IMG/VR virus record: IMGVR_UViG_2778261631_000002
Length of the DNA: 64,000 nucleotides
Direction: 5' to 3' (one strand)
From: a virus
Taxonomy: Duplodnaviria; Heunggongvirae; Uroviricota; Caudoviricetes
Shown: in pieces, positions 62,432-64,000 of the stretch
Layout: the number at the start of each line of letters is the position of its first letter
Position numbering within the stretch: the first letter of the stretch is position 1
Notes under the pieces: model-generated
Seen by the model: the letters and a program-made list of their open reading frames with translations, nothing else
The model's database searches: none
Told to the model about the DNA's origin: nothing
Translations under genes and position numbers: made by a program

Positions 62432-63946
62432 TTAAATACTTCCCGCGTTATACCATGTACCATTGATACAATACTGCACCGGCCTTGCCTGAGTTGTATC
62501 AATAAGTTCGTCCTTATTTGAGTTAATTGAGGCAGTAACAACATAACCAGATTTATCGTTCCATCCAGGACCATTCCATGTTTGCACAGACGATTTTGTA
62601 CCTAATCGAATACCTGTAATAAATCGTGAATTACATTCTGCTTTGGTATATGCCCCAACATCTCCCGCAGATGGTTTACGTGTTGTAGTATAAAATTCCG
62701 ACCAGTCGGCTTCAAAACCATAACCGTCACGCGCAGAACGATAATAAATACCGCCGTTCTTATAATTCACGCGGAACTGAACAGCCGGACAACTACCAGC
62801 TCCCATATAAAAATGGAGAATCAACGTAGATGCTCCACCAATATTAGCGTTATAAACCCCGCTAATCGAGTTCCATCCAACAGCTTTGTCATTTCCAACT
62901 GTGCTTCCTGTCTGCCCTAAAGCAAATGCAGGTTGCTGGTTTTTTGTGCTGTAGTCGCGCCGCCAGCCTGGGGCGTAATCTGCACCATGGTTTATATAAG
63001 TAAATTGCGCATTAGTGGTGCCACCTCCGGTGGAAGTGCTTGGTGTTGTTACACGGATGGTCATGGCACCTTTATTACCCATAACCTCAATAACGCAACC
63101 GGCAAGATGAATAGTTCCACAGCCAGTATCGGTTATAATTTTATTATTGCCGTACGACCATGAACATTTGCACATCCAGTATGGGTGATTGAATGCCCCT
63201 TGAGAATCCAGCCATTCAATCAATTGTGCCGTTGTCCAGTTCCCTGCACCTGTACTAATAGAACTGTGAAAAGCGCGACATGCACCAATATTTTTAGTGA
63301 AGGTATCTTTTCCAGGAATATCCGCGCCATTCTGGTTTTTCTGCAATGATCCAGCGGCTAGTTCTACGGTTTGCTCAAGATTTAAATTTTCAGCCGTTAG
63401 CTCAATATTTTTAGAACCATCAAACGAAACACCGTTAATAGTGCGCGCCGTCTGCAATCTGGTCGCCGTAGCAGCATTGCCGGAGGTATCCTGATCCCCT
63501 TTGGCATTGACGCCGGGAATTGAATCTTTTGACGTATAGACCTGCGCCCATTCAGACCAGTTGGCAGAATCAGTATCTCGCCGCGAACGGATATGTACGG
63601 GCGCATGGGCACCGCTCGTGCCACTCCAGCCAATGAATAACTCACCTTCGCCAGCAGCGGTGGCACCTTTAAGGTGAAGCACATTGCCATAGGGGGAAGG
63701 GTAGCCATTGTTGTATGCCTCATACAGCTGAATCCCAGATGTTCCCTGTGCATTCGCCTCCAAGGCCGTTACGCGACCGCGCGATACCAGAGTATTGATA
63801 TTAATGTCAGCCGAACCATCGAACCTGACGCCATTAATGTTTCTGGCTGTTTTCAATTTCGTTGCGGTATCGGCGTTCCCTGTCAGCGCCCCGGTGATCC
63901 CGCCGTTGAAAGTCTGGCGCGCACTCCATGTGTTAGCCGTGCTCAA
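62432..63946 (-). CDS. Alternative tail-fibre variable part Sv' (expressed only after inversion, fused to the constant part of S)
   Basis: N-terminal [46 protein letters not shown] shared with S inside the inverted repeat; C-terminal INGTWYN motif shared with Sv. Confidence 0.7.
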   Translation of the reverse strand: MSTANTWSARQTFNGGITGALTGNADTATKLKTARNINGVRFDGSADININTLVSRGRVTALEANAQGTSGIQLYEAYNNGYPSPYGNVLHLKGATAAGEGELFIGWSGTSGAHAPVHIRSRRDTDSANWSEWAQVYTSKDSIPGVNAKGDQDTSGNAATATRLQTARTINGVSFDGSKNIELTAENLNLEQTVELAAGSLQKNQNGADIPGKDTFTKNIGACRAFHSSISTGAGNWTTAQLIEWLDSQGAFNHPYWMCKCSWSYGNNKIITDTGCGTIHLAGCVIEVMGNKGAMTIRVTTPSTSTGGGTTNAQFTYINHGADYAPGWRRDYSTKNQQPAFALGQTGSTVGNDKAVGWNSISGVYNANIGGASTLILHFYMGAGSCPAVQFRVNYKNGGIYYRSARDGYGFEADWSEFYTTTRKPSAGDVGAYTKAECNSRFITGIRLGTKSSVQTWNGPGWNDKSGYVVTASINSNKDELIDTTQARPVQYCINGTWYNAGSI

Positions 63947-64000
63947 CAGGGGGATCTTTTCACCGCTGGTACCGAGTTCTCTTAAACCAAGGTATTGGAT

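Larger units (their letters stand above)
59441..64000. other. Invertible tail-fibre C segment (Sv-U / U'-Sv'); the right end with cixR runs off the window
   Basis: Inverted repeat 59442-59625 against about 63800-64000 (about 95% identical); opposed alternative S C-termini and U genes. Confidence 0.75.

Overview
This 64-kb window reads as a P1-family temperate phage / phage-plasmid (enterobacterial), in reverse orientation relative to the usual P1 map. Protein names come from my recognition of the translated ORFs, motifs and gene order; no database search was run. Coordinates of features not in the ORF track (operators, small ORFs, hairpins, tRNAs) were derived by hand and may be off by 1-2 nt. 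Order of content: pacB (partial)-pacA with the GATC-rich pac site, lpa, doc-phd, humD with a LexA box; several C1-operator-controlled operons of poorly characterised genes (nuclease-like, Ppp phosphatase, sugar-transferase-like); a baseplate/tail operon; dbn-ban with tciA and three tRNAs (CAU, Thr-UGU, Asn-GUU); dmt-hrdC; spanin-like genes; the plasmid replicon (oriR, repA, incA iterons, parA, parB, parS); major head, sheath and tube genes; repL-kilA-ant-icd (immI); sit and baseplate genes; and the invertible tail-fibre C segment. I found about ten matches to the C1 operator consensus ATTGCTCTAATAAATTT. The best candidate for something undescribed is an AT-rich accessory island at about 42.2-44.2 kb, carrying a MazG-like, Cys-cluster, coiled-coil protein next to a hok/mok/sok-like toxin locus. 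Other leads are a repeat-rich tRNA-like non-coding block, a partition system diverged from P1, an envelope-protein pair beside immI, and C1-controlled operons with nuclease and sugar-transferase signatures. No CRISPR array, rRNA, integrase or IS element was seen.
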